Positions 1 to 12,583 of a DNA stretch of 64,000 nucleotides are shown in pieces. Numbering within the stretch: position 1 is the stretch's first letter; the number at the start of each line of letters is the position of its first letter. Source of the DNA: an uncultured Gammaproteobacteria bacterium (lineage in GTDB: Bacteria > Patescibacteriota > Microgenomatia > Levybacterales > GWA1-39-11); the NCBI GenBank assembly GCA_964409875.1, contig CAYPEN010000001.1, forward strand, positions 292,275-356,274, in the 5' to 3' direction. A model generated the notes under the pieces. That model saw only the letters and a list, made by a program, of their open reading frames with translations, was not told where the DNA came from and made no database searches. A program made the position numbers and the translations under genes.

Positions 1-1521
1 ACCCAAAAGCTTCAAAGGGTCAGCCAAAAGCCCTTCAAGGTAATCAATTAATGCTTTTACCTCTTTCCATTCGGCTTCAAGCTTTTCAACTTCAAGAGCC
101 GAAAGACGGCGAAGCTGCATATCAAGGATGGCGTTTGCCTGGATCTCGGAAAGTTTGAATCTGTCCATAAGTTTTGTGCGGGCTTCGTCCGTATTTTTTG
201 ACGAGCGGATGATTTGCACTACTTCGTCGATGTTGTTAACGGCGATGATAAGCCCGTCAAGGATATGAAGCCGTGCCTTTGCCTGTGCTAGTTCAAATTC
301 CGAACGGCGGGTTACGACCGAGAAGCGGTGCTTGATATATTCATCAAGCATTATTTTTAAATTGACTGTTTTTGGGATTCCGTCAACGAGGGCCACAAAA
401 TTGGCAGGGAAGGAAGTTTGCAAAGAAGTCAGTTTGAAAAGATTATTTAAAATCTTTTTCGGTGTAACGTCACGTTTTAACTCTACCACTACACGAATCC
501 CACGCCTGTCAGACTCATCCCGAAGGTCTGTAATACCGTCAAGTTTCTTAAGCTTTGCAAGTTCTGCTATTTTTGCAACGAGGGCTGCTTTATTAACTTG
601 ATATGGGAGCTCGGTTATGATTATTGCACTCTTCCCTTGCCCGATTTCTTCAATATTGGCAATACCCCGGATAAGTATTTTGCCCCGTCCCGTACGGTAA
701 ACATTCCGAATTTCATTGATGTCATAGATTGCTCCACCTGTCGGAAAATCAGGCCCTTTCACAAATTCCAAAAGCTCATCAACCTCAACTGTTGATGAAA
801 GGCGGGAAAGTTTTGATTCTAAAGTCTCGCCCGTAAGGGGGGTTGCTTTCTCTTTATGTTCCTCTTTCACTTGCTCGGTGAGTACTTCGGTTTCGAGCTT
901 TTTCAAATCCTCTTTGCGGTAGGTTGTTTTTGAAATAGTGTGAATGACCGCATCGATAACTTCGCCTAAATTATGCGGCGGGATTTTTGTTGCCATTCCG
1001 ACCGCAATTCCCTCGCTTCCCATAAGCAGAAGGTTTGGTACTTTTGAAGGAAGATAGACAGGTTCTTTCATCGTCCCGTCAAAGTTGTCGGTAAATTCTA
1101 CAGTATTTTTCTCGATGTCAAAAAGCATTTCCATGGCCAGTGGTGTCAGCTTTGCCTCGGTGTACCTCATCGCAGCAGCTGAGTCACCGTCCATTGAGCC
1201 AAAGTTACCCTGCCCGTCGACCAATGGGTATCGCATTGAAAAGTCTTGGGCAAGCCTAACGAGTGAGTCGTAGATTGCCATGTCTCCGTGGGGATGGTAT
1301 TTACCCATGGTCTCTCCAACAATTTTTGCCGACTTAGCGTACTTTGCATTCGGCGCAAGGTTCATCTCATTCATCGCATGAAGGATGCGGCGGTGAACAG
1401 GTTTGAGTCCGTCCCTGATGTCAGGAAGCGCACGGGCAACGATAACGCTCATGGCATAATCAAGGTAGGCCTTTTTAGCCTCCGAAGATATGTCTATGTG
1501 TTCAAGTTTTCCAATATCCAT
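1..1521 (-). CDS. gyrA: DNA gyrase subunit A, partial. Only the N-terminal ~506 aa are in the window and the ORF runs off the left edge.
   Basis: Manual translation of the minus strand from the ATG at 1521 gives [47 protein letters not shown]...[11 protein letters not shown] (the GyrA active-site Tyr region)...QLRRLSALE, uninterrupted to position 1. The ORF track omits it because it never reaches a stop inside the window. Confidence 0.9.
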   Translation of the reverse strand, partial: MDIGKLEHIDISSEAKKAYLDYAMSVIVARALPDIRDGLKPVHRRILHAMNEMNLAPNAKYAKSAKIVGETMGKYHPHGDMAIYDSLVRLAQDFSMRYPLVDGQGNFGSMDGDSAAAMRYTEAKLTPLAMEMLFDIEKNTVEFTDNFDGTMKEPVYLPSKVPNLLLMGSEGIAVGMATKIPPHNLGEVIDAVIHTISKTTYRKEDLKKLETEVLTEQVKEEHKEKATPLTGETLESKLSRLSSTVEVDELLEFVKGPDFPTGGAIYDINEIRNVYRTGRGKILIRGIANIEEIGQGKSAIIITELPYQVNKAALVAKIAELAKLKKLDGITDLRDESDRRGIRVVVELKRDVTPKKILNNLFKLTSLQTSFPANFVALVDGIPKTVNLKIMLDEYIKHRFSVVTRRSEFELAQAKARLHILDGLIIAVNNIDEVVQIIRSSKNTDEARTKLMDRFKLSEIQANAILDMQLRRLSALEVEKLEAEWKEVKALIDYLEGLLADPLKLLG

Positions 1522-1583
1522 ACTTAACAGTTAATAACTAATAGTTAATAGCTAAAAACTAGCTATCAACTATTGACTATCAG

Positions 1584-2096
1584 CTATTTTCCAACGTTAG
1601 CAATACCGGTCTCTATTTCCTTAATTGCTGCGTCACGTCCTAACCAATCTTTTAGTTTTACCCATTTCCCTTTATCTAAGTCTTTGTAATGTTCGAAGAA
1701 ATGTTTGATTTGATTCTTCAAGTCATCAGATACCTCATTAATATCATTAAGACTTGAGTACATATCACCGGTAACCGCGGGTACACCCAGAACTTTTGCG
1801 TCAACCCCACTCTCATCAGTCATCTCAAGCATTCCAATCGGTTTTACTGCGATTATCATACCTGGCAAAATTGGAAGTTCCGAGAGCACCAAAACATCAA
1901 CCGGATCCCCATCTCCTGAAAGTGTCGCTGGAACAAAGCCGTAATTAAGTGGGTAGTTCATGGTTGTCTTTGAAAATCTGTCAACAACCATAGCCTCCAT
2001 TTCCTTGTCAAACTCGTACTTAACATTTGTTCCCTTTGGAATTTCAATGAGAACATTTACCTCTTGTGGTGCGTTTTTTCCGTAATGCAATTTCAT
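1584..2096 (-). CDS. ppa: Inorganic pyrophosphatase
   Basis: A 170-aa ORF whose length and motifs (EIPKGTNVKYEFDKE, GDGDPVDVLVL, family I PPase Asp cluster) fit family I PPase. Confidence 0.88.
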   Translation of the reverse strand: MKLHYGKNAPQEVNVLIEIPKGTNVKYEFDKEMEAMVVDRFSKTTMNYPLNYGFVPATLSGDGDPVDVLVLSELPILPGMIIAVKPIGMLEMTDESGVDAKVLGVPAVTGDMYSSLNDINEVSDDLKNQIKHFFEHYKDLDKGKWVKLKDWLGRDAAIKEIETGIANVGK

Positions 2097-2111
2097 CTAT
2101 AGTTCACCTCC

Positions 2112-4070
<1,959 letters not shown>

Positions 4071-4195
4071 TTAACAAAAAACTATTGTATAGAAACGGGC
4101 TGGATGTTGCAAGTTGGAAGTTTTAATAATTTCAAATGAATGTAAAAAGTATATCCTAATTTTAAAATTATAGCAAAAATGAGGCAAAAAAGCCA

Positions 4196-5398
4196 TCACT
4201 GAATCTGGGATACGAGGGAGTAAATAGGGGTAATAACAGAGATGATAAGAAACGCAACAGTTACACCAAGAATAATGATGAGGATGGGTTCTATTGCTGT
4301 TGTGAGTGTCTTTACTCGAATATCCAAATCCCTTTCAAAATACTCGGAAACCTTGAGTAAGCTCTCATCAATTTTTCCGGTACTCTCCCCCACTTTTACC
4401 ATTTGTATCATAAGAGGTGGGAAAATATCCTGGTTTTGCAGCGCTATAGACAGTCCAGCCCCTTTTTCAACAAGAGAACTGGTGCCTTTCAGCGCGGATT
4501 CATAATAGACATTGCCTGATACATCCCCCGCAATATTCAGAGCGCCTATTAGCGAGCTTCCCGAATTGACAAGAAGTGATATTGTTCTTGAGACTTCACT
4601 TAATATCGAGAGACGGGTGATGTCTCCAAAAACCGGGGCTTTCAACCTGGCTTTATCCATGAGCCGTATACCCAATGGTGTTTTTGAAAACCTCTGATAT
4701 CCAAAAAAACCAGCGATAATAAATATAATACTGAACGGAAGGAGTGTTGTAGTAAGTTTTGAGCCTGCAAGGACTATCTGTGTCATGATAGGTAGCTTTA
4801 AATCCAAATTTTCGTAAAGCGCTCCCATTTGGGGGATTACAAAGATATTCATAAGAACAATAACGATTACTACACCTGAGATAATAATCGAGGGGTAGAA
4901 AAGTGCTGACTTGACTCTTTTGTGAACTTCTTCTGACTTCTCTAGATTGTCGGCAAGGCGCTCAAGGACTTTGTCAAGAATACCACCCTCTTCTGCGGAT
5001 TTAATGAGGGCTATATAGGTGGTTGAGAAAATGAGGGGGAAGTTGGACATTGCTTGGGAAAGAGAATTTCCTTCAGAAAGGCTTGCAATAAGACTGTCCA
5101 CCATTTTTTGCATTTGTGGCTTGTTGTTTTGATTTTTGAGGATATTAAGACTTTCGATGACAGTAAGTCCTGTTAATATCATTGAGGCAAGCTGGCGGGT
5201 GAAAAGAACAATGTCTCCACTTTTGACACGTGAGAAGTAACCAAGAATGCTTGATTGTTTTTTCTCAAGATCTTTTACCGAAAGAGGCGTCAAACCTTTT
5301 GAGCGGAGATAATCAATGACTTCTTTTTGGTCGTTTGCTTCGAGCTTCCCCTTCTCTTTTGTTCCCTCTTTTGTTGCGGCAAGATACGCGTATTCCAT
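4196..5398 (-). CDS. pilC: Type IV pilus assembly platform protein PilC (GspF family)
   Basis: A 400-aa polytopic membrane protein with duplicated GspF-type domains, located immediately downstream of pilT and pilB. Confidence 0.85.
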   Translation of the reverse strand: MEYAYLAATKEGTKEKGKLEANDQKEVIDYLRSKGLTPLSVKDLEKKQSSILGYFSRVKSGDIVLFTRQLASMILTGLTVIESLNILKNQNNKPQMQKMVDSLIASLSEGNSLSQAMSNFPLIFSTTYIALIKSAEEGGILDKVLERLADNLEKSEEVHKRVKSALFYPSIIISGVVIVIVLMNIFVIPQMGALYENLDLKLPIMTQIVLAGSKLTTTLLPFSIIFIIAGFFGYQRFSKTPLGIRLMDKARLKAPVFGDITRLSILSEVSRTISLLVNSGSSLIGALNIAGDVSGNVYYESALKGTSSLVEKGAGLSIALQNQDIFPPLMIQMVKVGESTGKIDESLLKVSEYFERDLDIRVKTLTTAIEPILIIILGVTVAFLIISVITPIYSLVSQIQ

Positions 5399-5399
5399 A

Positions 5400-6467
5400 T
5401 TATCCCAAAAGTCGCGTCAGTGTATCAGGTCTTAGTGCGTAGGCATGTGCAGTGTCAAGCGTAATAAGACCTTCCTGTACCAATTTCGCTAGTGACGTTT
5501 CGATAGAATTCATTCCCTCTTCAGACGAAGTTTCTATAGTAGAATCTATAAGATGTGTTTTTCCCTCGCGGATGTTGGAGCGCACCGCGGTAGTTGCAAC
5601 GAGCACTTCGGTTGCGACCACCCTACCCGCTTCAATAGTTGGAATAAGGCGCTGGGACACGACTGCCTCAAGGGTAGCTGCAAGTTGAATTCTTACTTGG
5701 TTTTGCTGGGCTTCAGGGAAAGAGTCTATAATGCGGTCTATTGTTTGGGCTGCAGAGTTGGTGTGAAGTGTTGAGAAAACCAAATGGCCGGTTTCTGCAA
5801 TGGTTATTGCGCTTGCAATGCTTTCCGGGTCACGCATCTCGCCCACTATTACAACATCAGGGTCCTCACGCAACGCACTCTTAAGACCTTCATTCCAGGT
5901 GAGTGTATCGTGACCCAATTCCCTCTGGGATATCACACTTTTCCCTTTCGGATATACATATTCGATAGGATCTTCAATGGTAAGAATGTTAGCCGCCCGC
6001 GTCATATTTATCTCATTCACAATAGAGGCAATTGTAGTTGTTTTTCCATGCCCGGTAGGTCCGGTGATAAGGACAAATCCTTGTTTGAGAGTTGCAAGCC
6101 TATGGCAGATACTCGGAAGACGTAACTCTTCTATGGTTTTTACTTTTGGCGGAAGCAGTCTGAAAGCTGCTGCAATAGTGTTTCTTTGAAAATAAATATT
6201 GACACGGAACCTTCCCTTGTCACCGTACGTTCCGCCGCCGTACCCATAGGAAAAATCAAGCGCTCTATTGGTTACAAACATTTCTTTTTGTGCTGGAGAC
6301 AGCAGAGACATTACCATTTGCTCGATGACCTGTTCCGTTAGTGGTGCAACCGAGGATAATTGTTGTAGCGCCCCATTAATACGGTACACAGGCGGAATGC
6401 CCACGAGAAGGTGTAGGTCTGACGCATTTGTCTGTACTGCCTTTTCAAGTAACTGATTTAAGTCCAT
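5400..6467 (-). CDS. pilT: Twitching-motility retraction ATPase PilT
   Basis: A 355-aa ORF with Walker A GPTGHGKTTT, IEDPIEY and a His box, at a length typical for PilT. Confidence 0.85.
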   Translation of the reverse strand: MDLNQLLEKAVQTNASDLHLLVGIPPVYRINGALQQLSSVAPLTEQVIEQMVMSLLSPAQKEMFVTNRALDFSYGYGGGTYGDKGRFRVNIYFQRNTIAAAFRLLPPKVKTIEELRLPSICHRLATLKQGFVLITGPTGHGKTTTIASIVNEINMTRAANILTIEDPIEYVYPKGKSVISQRELGHDTLTWNEGLKSALREDPDVVIVGEMRDPESIASAITIAETGHLVFSTLHTNSAAQTIDRIIDSFPEAQQNQVRIQLAATLEAVVSQRLIPTIEAGRVVATEVLVATTAVRSNIREGKTHLIDSTIETSSEEGMNSIETSLAKLVQEGLITLDTAHAYALRPDTLTRLLG

Positions 6468-6556
6468 AAAGGTTGGTTTTTAGTATTTTGTATGTTGTAT
6501 ATAGTATCGATATCTAAAATTTTTTATTCATACTAAATACAAAGTACTGATTACTT

Positions 6557-8305
6557 TTATTCTTGCGCTACCCTCAAAATCTCATCAATTGTTGTCACGC
6601 CTGCAAGAACTTTCAGATACCCATCCTGTTTCATTGTTATCATCCCATCCTCTCTCGCCTTTTTTTCAATTGTGCTGCTATCGCTTCTGGTAAGAATAAG
6701 TTTTGCTACATTTTCGGTTATTGCCATAACTTCAAAAATACCAATCCTACCGACGAATCCGGAGTGCCCACACACCTCACACCCCGCACCTTTAAAAAGT
6801 TTCAATTGCCCATTAGTCTTTGGCATGAGAGGGCCCAATACTTTCTGCATTTCCAGGACAATTTCAGTAGGTGGAACGTAATCTACCTTGCAATGGGTAC
6901 AAATCTTTCGTGCGATCCTCTGTCCCATTGCAGCATTGATAGTTGAGGCAAGTAAAAATGTCTCCGCGCCCATATCCAGAAGCCTTGGAAGTGCACCCGC
7001 CGCGCTATCCGTGTGAAGTGTCGAGAATACTAAATGGCCGGTAAGTGATGCTTGAATCGCAAGTTCAGTCGTTTCTTTATCACGGATTTCTCCTACTAGG
7101 ATGATGTTGGGGTCTTGCCGCAAAAAAGCCCTAAGGCCAGAGGCGAAGGTAAGCCCTACATCATCATTTATCTGTACCTGGTTTGCTCCCGGAATTTGAT
7201 ACTCGACAGGGTCTTCAAGTGTCAGGATGTTGACTCTTGTTGTATTGAGTTTTGAAAGTACCGCATAAAGAGTGGTCGTTTTTCCAGAACCCGTTGGACC
7301 GCAGACAAGTATAATTCCGTGCGGTCGAAGCATCGCTGCTTCAAGGGTCCGAAGAGATGGACCTGTGAGTCCTAAATCTGAAAGCGTTGGAACACCTCCC
7401 GATTTACGAAGTAACCTCATAACGATTTTTTCTCCGAATACAGTAGGTAATGAGCTTACGCGAAGGTCGACCTCCTCGTCTCCTACTTTGAAATTAAAAC
7501 GGCCGTCCTGAGGCGCTCTATGCTCATCAATTTTCATACCGGATAGGATTTTTACGCGGGAGATTACCGCTTCGCTTACTCCCAATGGCAAGGAAAGCCT
7601 TTCATATAAAATGCCGTCAATTCTGTAGCGGACTCTGACCCTATCCTCCTGCGGTTCGAGGTGGATGTCCGACGCTCTACTTTTAACCGCATATTCAAGA
7701 ATTGTTGATACTATTTTTGCAATCGGTGCTTCTTTTATGACTTCTGAAATGCTTTGCAAATCGAATGTCTTTACTTTTTGTATCTGTTCACTTTCTTTAA
7801 GAGCCTCCTTCACCTCACCTACGAGCCCAAAACTATATTGGGTCTGGATGGCTTGCGTTATCTCACTTGGGATACCCTGGAAAACCTTTATGGTGGCGCC
7901 TGTTTTTTGCTTCACGAATTCTATTGCCTCAACATCATTTGTGTTGCTCATGACAACAGATAGCACCTTTGCCTCTTTGTCGAAGGCAAAAGGAATAAGA
8001 TTGAACCGTTCTGCAACGGATTTAGGAATAAATCCCAGCGCTTCCGGAGAGAATGGAAGTGTTGCAACGCTTGTGAATGGCACGTTCAAAAGCTTTGCCT
8101 GTGCTTCATAATATTTTTCTTCAGGAATTATATTTAAATCATGGATAAGCTTATCTAATTCGGTGTTTTGCTTGGCTGCCTCAATTTTGAGCCGTTGGTA
8201 CTGTTCGGTGGTAATAAGTTTTTCCTGCAGAAGGATATTTCCTATGCTGGGACGTTCAAACGAATCGTCAGATGAACCGAATTGACTTTGGACAGGTAGT
8301 GCCAT
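6557..8305 (-). CDS. pilB: Type IV pilus assembly (extension) ATPase PilB/GspE
   Basis: A 582-aa ORF with an N-terminal GSPII_E_N-like domain, Walker A GPTGSGKTTT, LEDPVEY and a tetra-Cys zinc motif (CTHC...CEVC). Confidence 0.85.
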   Translation of the reverse strand: MALPVQSQFGSSDDSFERPSIGNILLQEKLITTEQYQRLKIEAAKQNTELDKLIHDLNIIPEEKYYEAQAKLLNVPFTSVATLPFSPEALGFIPKSVAERFNLIPFAFDKEAKVLSVVMSNTNDVEAIEFVKQKTGATIKVFQGIPSEITQAIQTQYSFGLVGEVKEALKESEQIQKVKTFDLQSISEVIKEAPIAKIVSTILEYAVKSRASDIHLEPQEDRVRVRYRIDGILYERLSLPLGVSEAVISRVKILSGMKIDEHRAPQDGRFNFKVGDEEVDLRVSSLPTVFGEKIVMRLLRKSGGVPTLSDLGLTGPSLRTLEAAMLRPHGIILVCGPTGSGKTTTLYAVLSKLNTTRVNILTLEDPVEYQIPGANQVQINDDVGLTFASGLRAFLRQDPNIILVGEIRDKETTELAIQASLTGHLVFSTLHTDSAAGALPRLLDMGAETFLLASTINAAMGQRIARKICTHCKVDYVPPTEIVLEMQKVLGPLMPKTNGQLKLFKGAGCEVCGHSGFVGRIGIFEVMAITENVAKLILTRSDSSTIEKKAREDGMITMKQDGYLKVLAGVTTIDEILRVAQE

Positions 8306-8406
8306 ACTATTTTTTCCTCACTAAAAACAACGCTTTTACACAAGCGGTACATCCATCGTACTCAAAATGTGCTTTTGCTGTCAACAGATGATATAAATAA
8401 GAAAAC

Positions 8407-9042
8407 ATGGCAAGTATTATTTTAATAGGCTCGAAAGAAAATGCAGAGGCATTCATTGCAAGTTATATTGTGAAGGAAAACATTCCGGAGTTCGGAATTG
8501 AGCGGTTTTCCGGGACTAAAATAGAACACGCAAGAGAAATAAAGAAAAAACTTGCTTTCAAAGCCACAAACGCACGACTCTTCCTCTTTACGGGAGAGAT
8601 AACAACCGAAGCTCAGAACGCACTTCTTAAATGCATCGAGGAACATGCTTCTATGGTTCACTTCCTATTTTCAGTTGAAAGTGAGGATGCACTCCTTCCT
8701 ACCGTGCTTTCCCGCTGCCGCATGGTACGCCTGGGAGGGCAACAAAAAAAAGATGGAATAACCATTCCTATTGATGGCCTCTTTTCCAACGGAGTTGTTA
8801 TGTGGTCGGTGCTGGATGAAGTTACTATGCGGATAAATGAGATAGGCGTTGATGCGTTGGAATATGCAATGAGAGCTTATATGCTCAGAAACATTAATGA
8901 CAAAAGAACTCTTGAGTCACTGTACCCCTCGTGTAAAAGAATGTTTGGGTTGTTGCATTTGGTTAAAAATAACAATGTAAGTGTCAGAGCTCTTGTTGAA
9001 AAAACTTTCATTCCACAACAAACAATAGCCAAAAATAAGTGA
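8407..9042 (+). CDS. holB: DNA polymerase III delta-prime-like clamp-loader subunit
   Basis: A 211-aa ORF with no intact P-loop, carrying AQNALLKCIEE and the delta-prime sensor motif LPTVLSRC. Transcribed divergently from pilB. Confidence 0.5.
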   Translation: MASIILIGSKENAEAFIASYIVKENIPEFGIERFSGTKIEHAREIKKKLAFKATNARLFLFTGEITTEAQNALLKCIEEHASMVHFLFSVESEDALLPTVLSRCRMVRLGGQQKKDGITIPIDGLFSNGVVMWSVLDEVTMRINEIGVDALEYAMRAYMLRNINDKRTLESLYPSCKRMFGLLHLVKNNNVSVRALVEKTFIPQQTIAKNK

Positions 9043-9109
9043 TTGGTTCAAAATGCTCCTAAAGTGGGGCTTGACAAAGAAATTTGGTTATGATTATGAT
9101 GGATTTAAT

Positions 9110-9670
9110 ATGAAATTATTCCCTGCCCGGAAATTGCAAAAAGGCTTCACCCTTATCGAGCTTCTCGTCGTCATCGGTATCCTTGGAATTCTTGCTGCTG
9201 CCCTTGTCGCCACCATCGACCCTTTTGAACAATTGAAGAAAGCCGATGATGCAAAAATCAAGAACATTGCTGTTGAGTTCCAAACAGCAAATGTCCGCTA
9301 CTACACTACTCATGGCGCTTTTCCCTGGAATGATGCGAATAATACGGATGCTAATTGCACGGGTATTGGGAGTGCCGTTATCGGTGCCAATTTGTCTTCT
9401 GCAGGACTTGCTTCATGTATCTCAAATGGATTGATTGCTGAGGGTGAACTGAAGCAGTCGTTTAATATTAATACGAACGATATGGGCAGAGTGTATGTGA
9501 ACTGGGACCCCGCAAATGCGACCAATATGGTAGTTTGTTTCAGCCCACGCTCTAAATCACAGAAAGCTGCGCCTGATACAAAATACACGCAAGCTGGAGC
9601 TGCCGCGAATGGTGCTACATGTCCGAATGCTAACGCTGCCGATGACACTTGCTACTGGTGCACACAATAA
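9110..9670 (+). CDS. Type IV pilin (class III signal peptide)
   Basis: MKLFPARKLQKG|FTLIELLVVIGILGILAAAL carries the prepilin cleavage/methylation motif with Glu+5. Cys pairs near the C-terminus are present. The ORF-track start at 9053 is probably too far upstream. Confidence 0.8.
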   Translation: MKLFPARKLQKGFTLIELLVVIGILGILAAALVATIDPFEQLKKADDAKIKNIAVEFQTANVRYYTTHGAFPWNDANNTDANCTGIGSAVIGANLSSAGLASCISNGLIAEGELKQSFNINTNDMGRVYVNWDPANATNMVVCFSPRSKSQKAAPDTKYTQAGAAANGATCPNANAADDTCYWCTQ

Positions 9671-9700
9671 GCTGTATCCTTCTAGAATTCCAATTTTCGT

Positions 9701-10483
9701 ATGCCAGATAATTTCTTAGTTATTTATATTGTGCCTTTTTTAGCGCTGGGTGCAGTGTTGGGAAGCTTTTTAAATGTGCTTATTGATAGACTTTCAACAG
9801 GAAGAAGCTTTGTAAGAGGCCGTTCATATTGTGAGCATTGTAAGAAAACTCTTCATGCCCCCGAGCTTATTCCTATACTCTCTTATTTGTTTTTGAGAGG
9901 AAGATGTAGGCATTGTAAGACAAAAATCCCAGCCAGACTTTTTTTTGTTGAAATGTTCTCTGCTTTTTTGCTTCCCAGCGTCTATTTATATAGTGCGGGA
10001 TATCCACAGAACCTGTGGGTTGTGCCTTTCCTTTTTCTTGTACTCTGGGCTTACATGGGGATATTTTTTGCAGATTTTGAATATGGCATAATTCCCGACC
10101 TTCTTATTGGAATAGCAATTCTTGTTACTATCCCTTATCTCATAATCGCCGGGCAGCCATTTTTGAATCACTTGCTTGCAGGACTCGGAGCCTTTACATT
10201 TTTTCTTCTTCTAAACCTTTTTACGAAAGGAAAAGGAATGGGTTTGGGTGACGTAAAGCTTGCCTTTTCTATGGGTTTTTTCTTAGGATTTCCACTCATT
10301 GTCGTAAGCCTTTACACCGCTTTCTTGACAGGTGCAGCCCTTGCTATCATACTGGTTATATGGAGAAAATTGCGTTTTTTCGGCGGTACAATTCCTTTTG
10401 GACCGTTTCTCATTTTTTCCCTCTTTTTCGCATTTTTTCTAGGAAATCAAATAGCAGCAACGGTACTCAAAAATTTTTTCTAA
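9701..10483 (+). CDS. pilD: Prepilin peptidase / N-methyltransferase (A24 family)
   Basis: A 260-aa polytopic protein with an N-terminal CxxC...CxxC (CEHCKK...CRHCK) and the catalytic GMGLGDVKL motif. Confidence 0.85.
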   Translation: MPDNFLVIYIVPFLALGAVLGSFLNVLIDRLSTGRSFVRGRSYCEHCKKTLHAPELIPILSYLFLRGRCRHCKTKIPARLFFVEMFSAFLLPSVYLYSAGYPQNLWVVPFLFLVLWAYMGIFFADFEYGIIPDLLIGIAILVTIPYLIIAGQPFLNHLLAGLGAFTFFLLLNLFTKGKGMGLGDVKLAFSMGFFLGFPLIVVSLYTAFLTGAALAIILVIWRKLRFFGGTIPFGPFLIFSLFFAFFLGNQIAATVLKNFF

Positions 10484-10986
10484 AAAACTCTAAAGCTGGG
10501 TTTACATTGGTTGAATTAATAACAGCAATTGGTGTTTTAGCGATACTCTCATCAATGATAATCGCTGTAATAAATCCCCTCGAACAATTTCATAAAGCAC
10601 AGGATTCAAAAAGAAAATCCGATTTAGCACAAATCCAGCGGGCACTCGAGGTATATTATCAGGATTATCACAGATATCCATATTCGGTGCAAAGCAAAAT
10701 ATCAACAGATAACACACCCAATGGTGTTGTGCAGTGGGGAACTACATGGAGTCCATATATGGATGTTTTACCAATTGACCCTTCAAGTGATAAGCGGTAT
10801 GTGTATTGGTCGGACACCACAGGGCAGTCATATGCGCTCTACGCTTCATTAGATAGGGGCGGAAAAGACACACAAGCTTGCAATGGAGGAAATGCCTGCG
10901 ATAATGCTACGGCTAACGGTTTGTTGTGTGGTGGTACGAGTGTTCTCTGTACATATGGGGTATCGAGCCCGAACATTTCACCATAA
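10360..10986 (+). CDS. Pilin-like protein (pseudopilin). The start is uncertain and the ORF overlaps the 3' end of pilD.
   Basis: KAG|FTLVELITAIGVLAILSSMIIAV prepilin motif. The only in-frame start upstream is at 10360, which gives a 47-aa leader and a 124-nt overlap with pilD. Confidence 0.6.
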   Translation: MEKIAFFRRYNSFWTVSHFFPLFRIFSRKSNSSNGTQKFFLKNSKAGFTLVELITAIGVLAILSSMIIAVINPLEQFHKAQDSKRKSDLAQIQRALEVYYQDYHRYPYSVQSKISTDNTPNGVVQWGTTWSPYMDVLPIDPSSDKRYVYWSDTTGQSYALYASLDRGGKDTQACNGGNACDNATANGLLCGGTSVLCTYGVSSPNISP

Positions 10987-11041
10987 ATTAATAGTCAATG
11001 GATAATATCTAATAGTTAATAGAAAGTTGTATGATAAATAT

Positions 11042-11476
11042 ATGAGAAAACAAAAAGGCTTCACCTTAATTGAGTTACTCGTTTCAATCTCAATAATTGC
11101 AATACTGACTGCGCTTTTAACTGCTAACTTCATCGGTGCAAGACAGCGCGGCCGTGATGGCCAAAGAAAGGCAAATCTTTATCAAATTCAGTCCGCTCTC
11201 GAGCTTTACCGTTCTGACAATGGTAGTTATCCCCTTACTGCTTCAATGGCCTCTTGCGGCAACGGAATATCCGTCAATGGAACAGTATATATGACGAAGG
11301 TCCCCTGCGATCCATTGTCTGGGTCGGCTTATCAGTACACTGCCGCAGCTGACGGAAGCACCTATACGCTATTTGCTTGCCTTGAAAATCAAGAAGATGC
11401 GGATAAGGATACTGATGCTGCGGATGCCAGTGTGTGCACTTCACCTTATGTTCCTTTTAAGCTGACTAACCCTTAG
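11042..11476 (+). CDS. Type IV pilin
   Basis: MRKQKG|FTLIELLVSISIIAILTALL. The ORF-track start at 11027 is a TTG; the ATG at 11042 gives a canonical short leader. Confidence 0.75.
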   Translation: MRKQKGFTLIELLVSISIIAILTALLTANFIGARQRGRDGQRKANLYQIQSALELYRSDNGSYPLTASMASCGNGISVNGTVYMTKVPCDPLSGSAYQYTAAADGSTYTLFACLENQEDADKDTDAADASVCTSPYVPFKLTNP

Positions 11477-11529
11477 TTTGTACACCGCAATATATGCATG
11501 TTTCAACGTTTTTCCGTTTCCCTAAAAAA

Positions 11530-12096
11530 ATGAGTATTGAGCCTCAAAAATTCTCCAACGGATTTAGATATTCGCAGAAAAGCCAAAGAGGCTTGGTTTT
11601 TCCGAAGGAACGAAACGGCTTTACGCTTATTGAAATCCTTGTTGTTTTTAGTGTTATTGCCATCCTTTCGGGAATAGGCGTTGCCTCTTTTGCCTCATAT
11701 AGCAGATCACAACAACTTGCTCAGAGCGGGAATAATATTAAGTTACTCGTAAGTCAGGCCCGTTTCAGTGCGTTGTCAGGAGTAAAGACCAACCAGGATC
11801 AGAGCGGAAATACGATAACCTGCGGTAACGAAAGCTTGGTGGGGTATGCGGTAACCGTTATTGGCAACAACCAGCTGGAGCTAAGTATGGAATGTGCGAA
11901 TACAAGCTCCCAAACTTTCAAGACTCTAACTATTCCGACAGGATATACCTTTGATAACTCAACAACTTGTACGCAAATTAAGTTTGATTCGTTGTCGGCA
12001 ACGGCAGGAGGTGTTCCTTGTACTATTGTTTTAGGCGGATACGGGAGGTCAAAGACAATCACGATAGATATTGCCGGTAATGCAGTAGTTCAATAG
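11530..12096 (+). CDS. Minor pilin / pseudopilin (GspH/FimT-like)
   Basis: ...RNG|FTLIEILVVFSVIAILSGIGVASF. The start was chosen at the second Met of the ORF. Confidence 0.6.
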   Translation: MSIEPQKFSNGFRYSQKSQRGLVFPKERNGFTLIEILVVFSVIAILSGIGVASFASYSRSQQLAQSGNNIKLLVSQARFSALSGVKTNQDQSGNTITCGNESLVGYAVTVIGNNQLELSMECANTSSQTFKTLTIPTGYTFDNSTTCTQIKFDSLSATAGGVPCTIVLGGYGRSKTITIDIAGNAVVQ

Positions 12097-12097
12097 T

Positions 12098-12583
12098 ATG
12101 CAAAAGACACAAAGAGGACAAACATTGATAGAGGCAATGGTTGCTCTCGTCGTAATTCTTATGATATTGACAGCTATATCAATTGTGATTGTAAACGGAT
12201 TATATAATTCCAGGTTTATCAAAAACCAAAATGAAGCAAATAAATATGCACAGCAAGGGATTGAACTTGTGAGAAATATACAGAAAAATGACTTGAATAC
12301 TTTTAAAACTTTCGAATCATCTATCGCGCCATATCTGTGTATAGATGAAGCTAATTCGACCCTCACTTCGACTAACTGTAGTGATACTGGTGTTAATACG
12401 GGCACTTCTTATAATAGAACAATTGAATTTTCTCCGCCGGGAGGTGAGTGCGATTCGACTGATTTAAAAGTTACGGTAACGGTGAGGTGGTCATCGACGA
12501 AATGTCCGGCGAGTACCACTTTTTGTCATAAGTCAGTCCTTGTCAGTTGTATGCAAAAAAGTACGACGCAAAGCGATCCATGA
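12098..12583 (+). CDS. Minor pilin (PilV/PilW-like)
   Basis: MQKTQRG|QTLIEAMVALVVILMIL with Glu+5. Confidence 0.55.
   Translation: MQKTQRGQTLIEAMVALVVILMILTAISIVIVNGLYNSRFIKNQNEANKYAQQGIELVRNIQKNDLNTFKTFESSIAPYLCIDEANSTLTSTNCSDTGVNTGTSYNRTIEFSPPGGECDSTDLKVTVTVRWSSTKCPASTTFCHKSVLVSCMQKSTTQSDP

Noticed and set aside
1522-1583. Repeated taatagttaata-like words in the ppa-gyrA spacer and again near 10987..11025
   Set aside because: They are short AT-rich words in an AT-rich genome. The similarity is too short and imperfect to call a repeat family.
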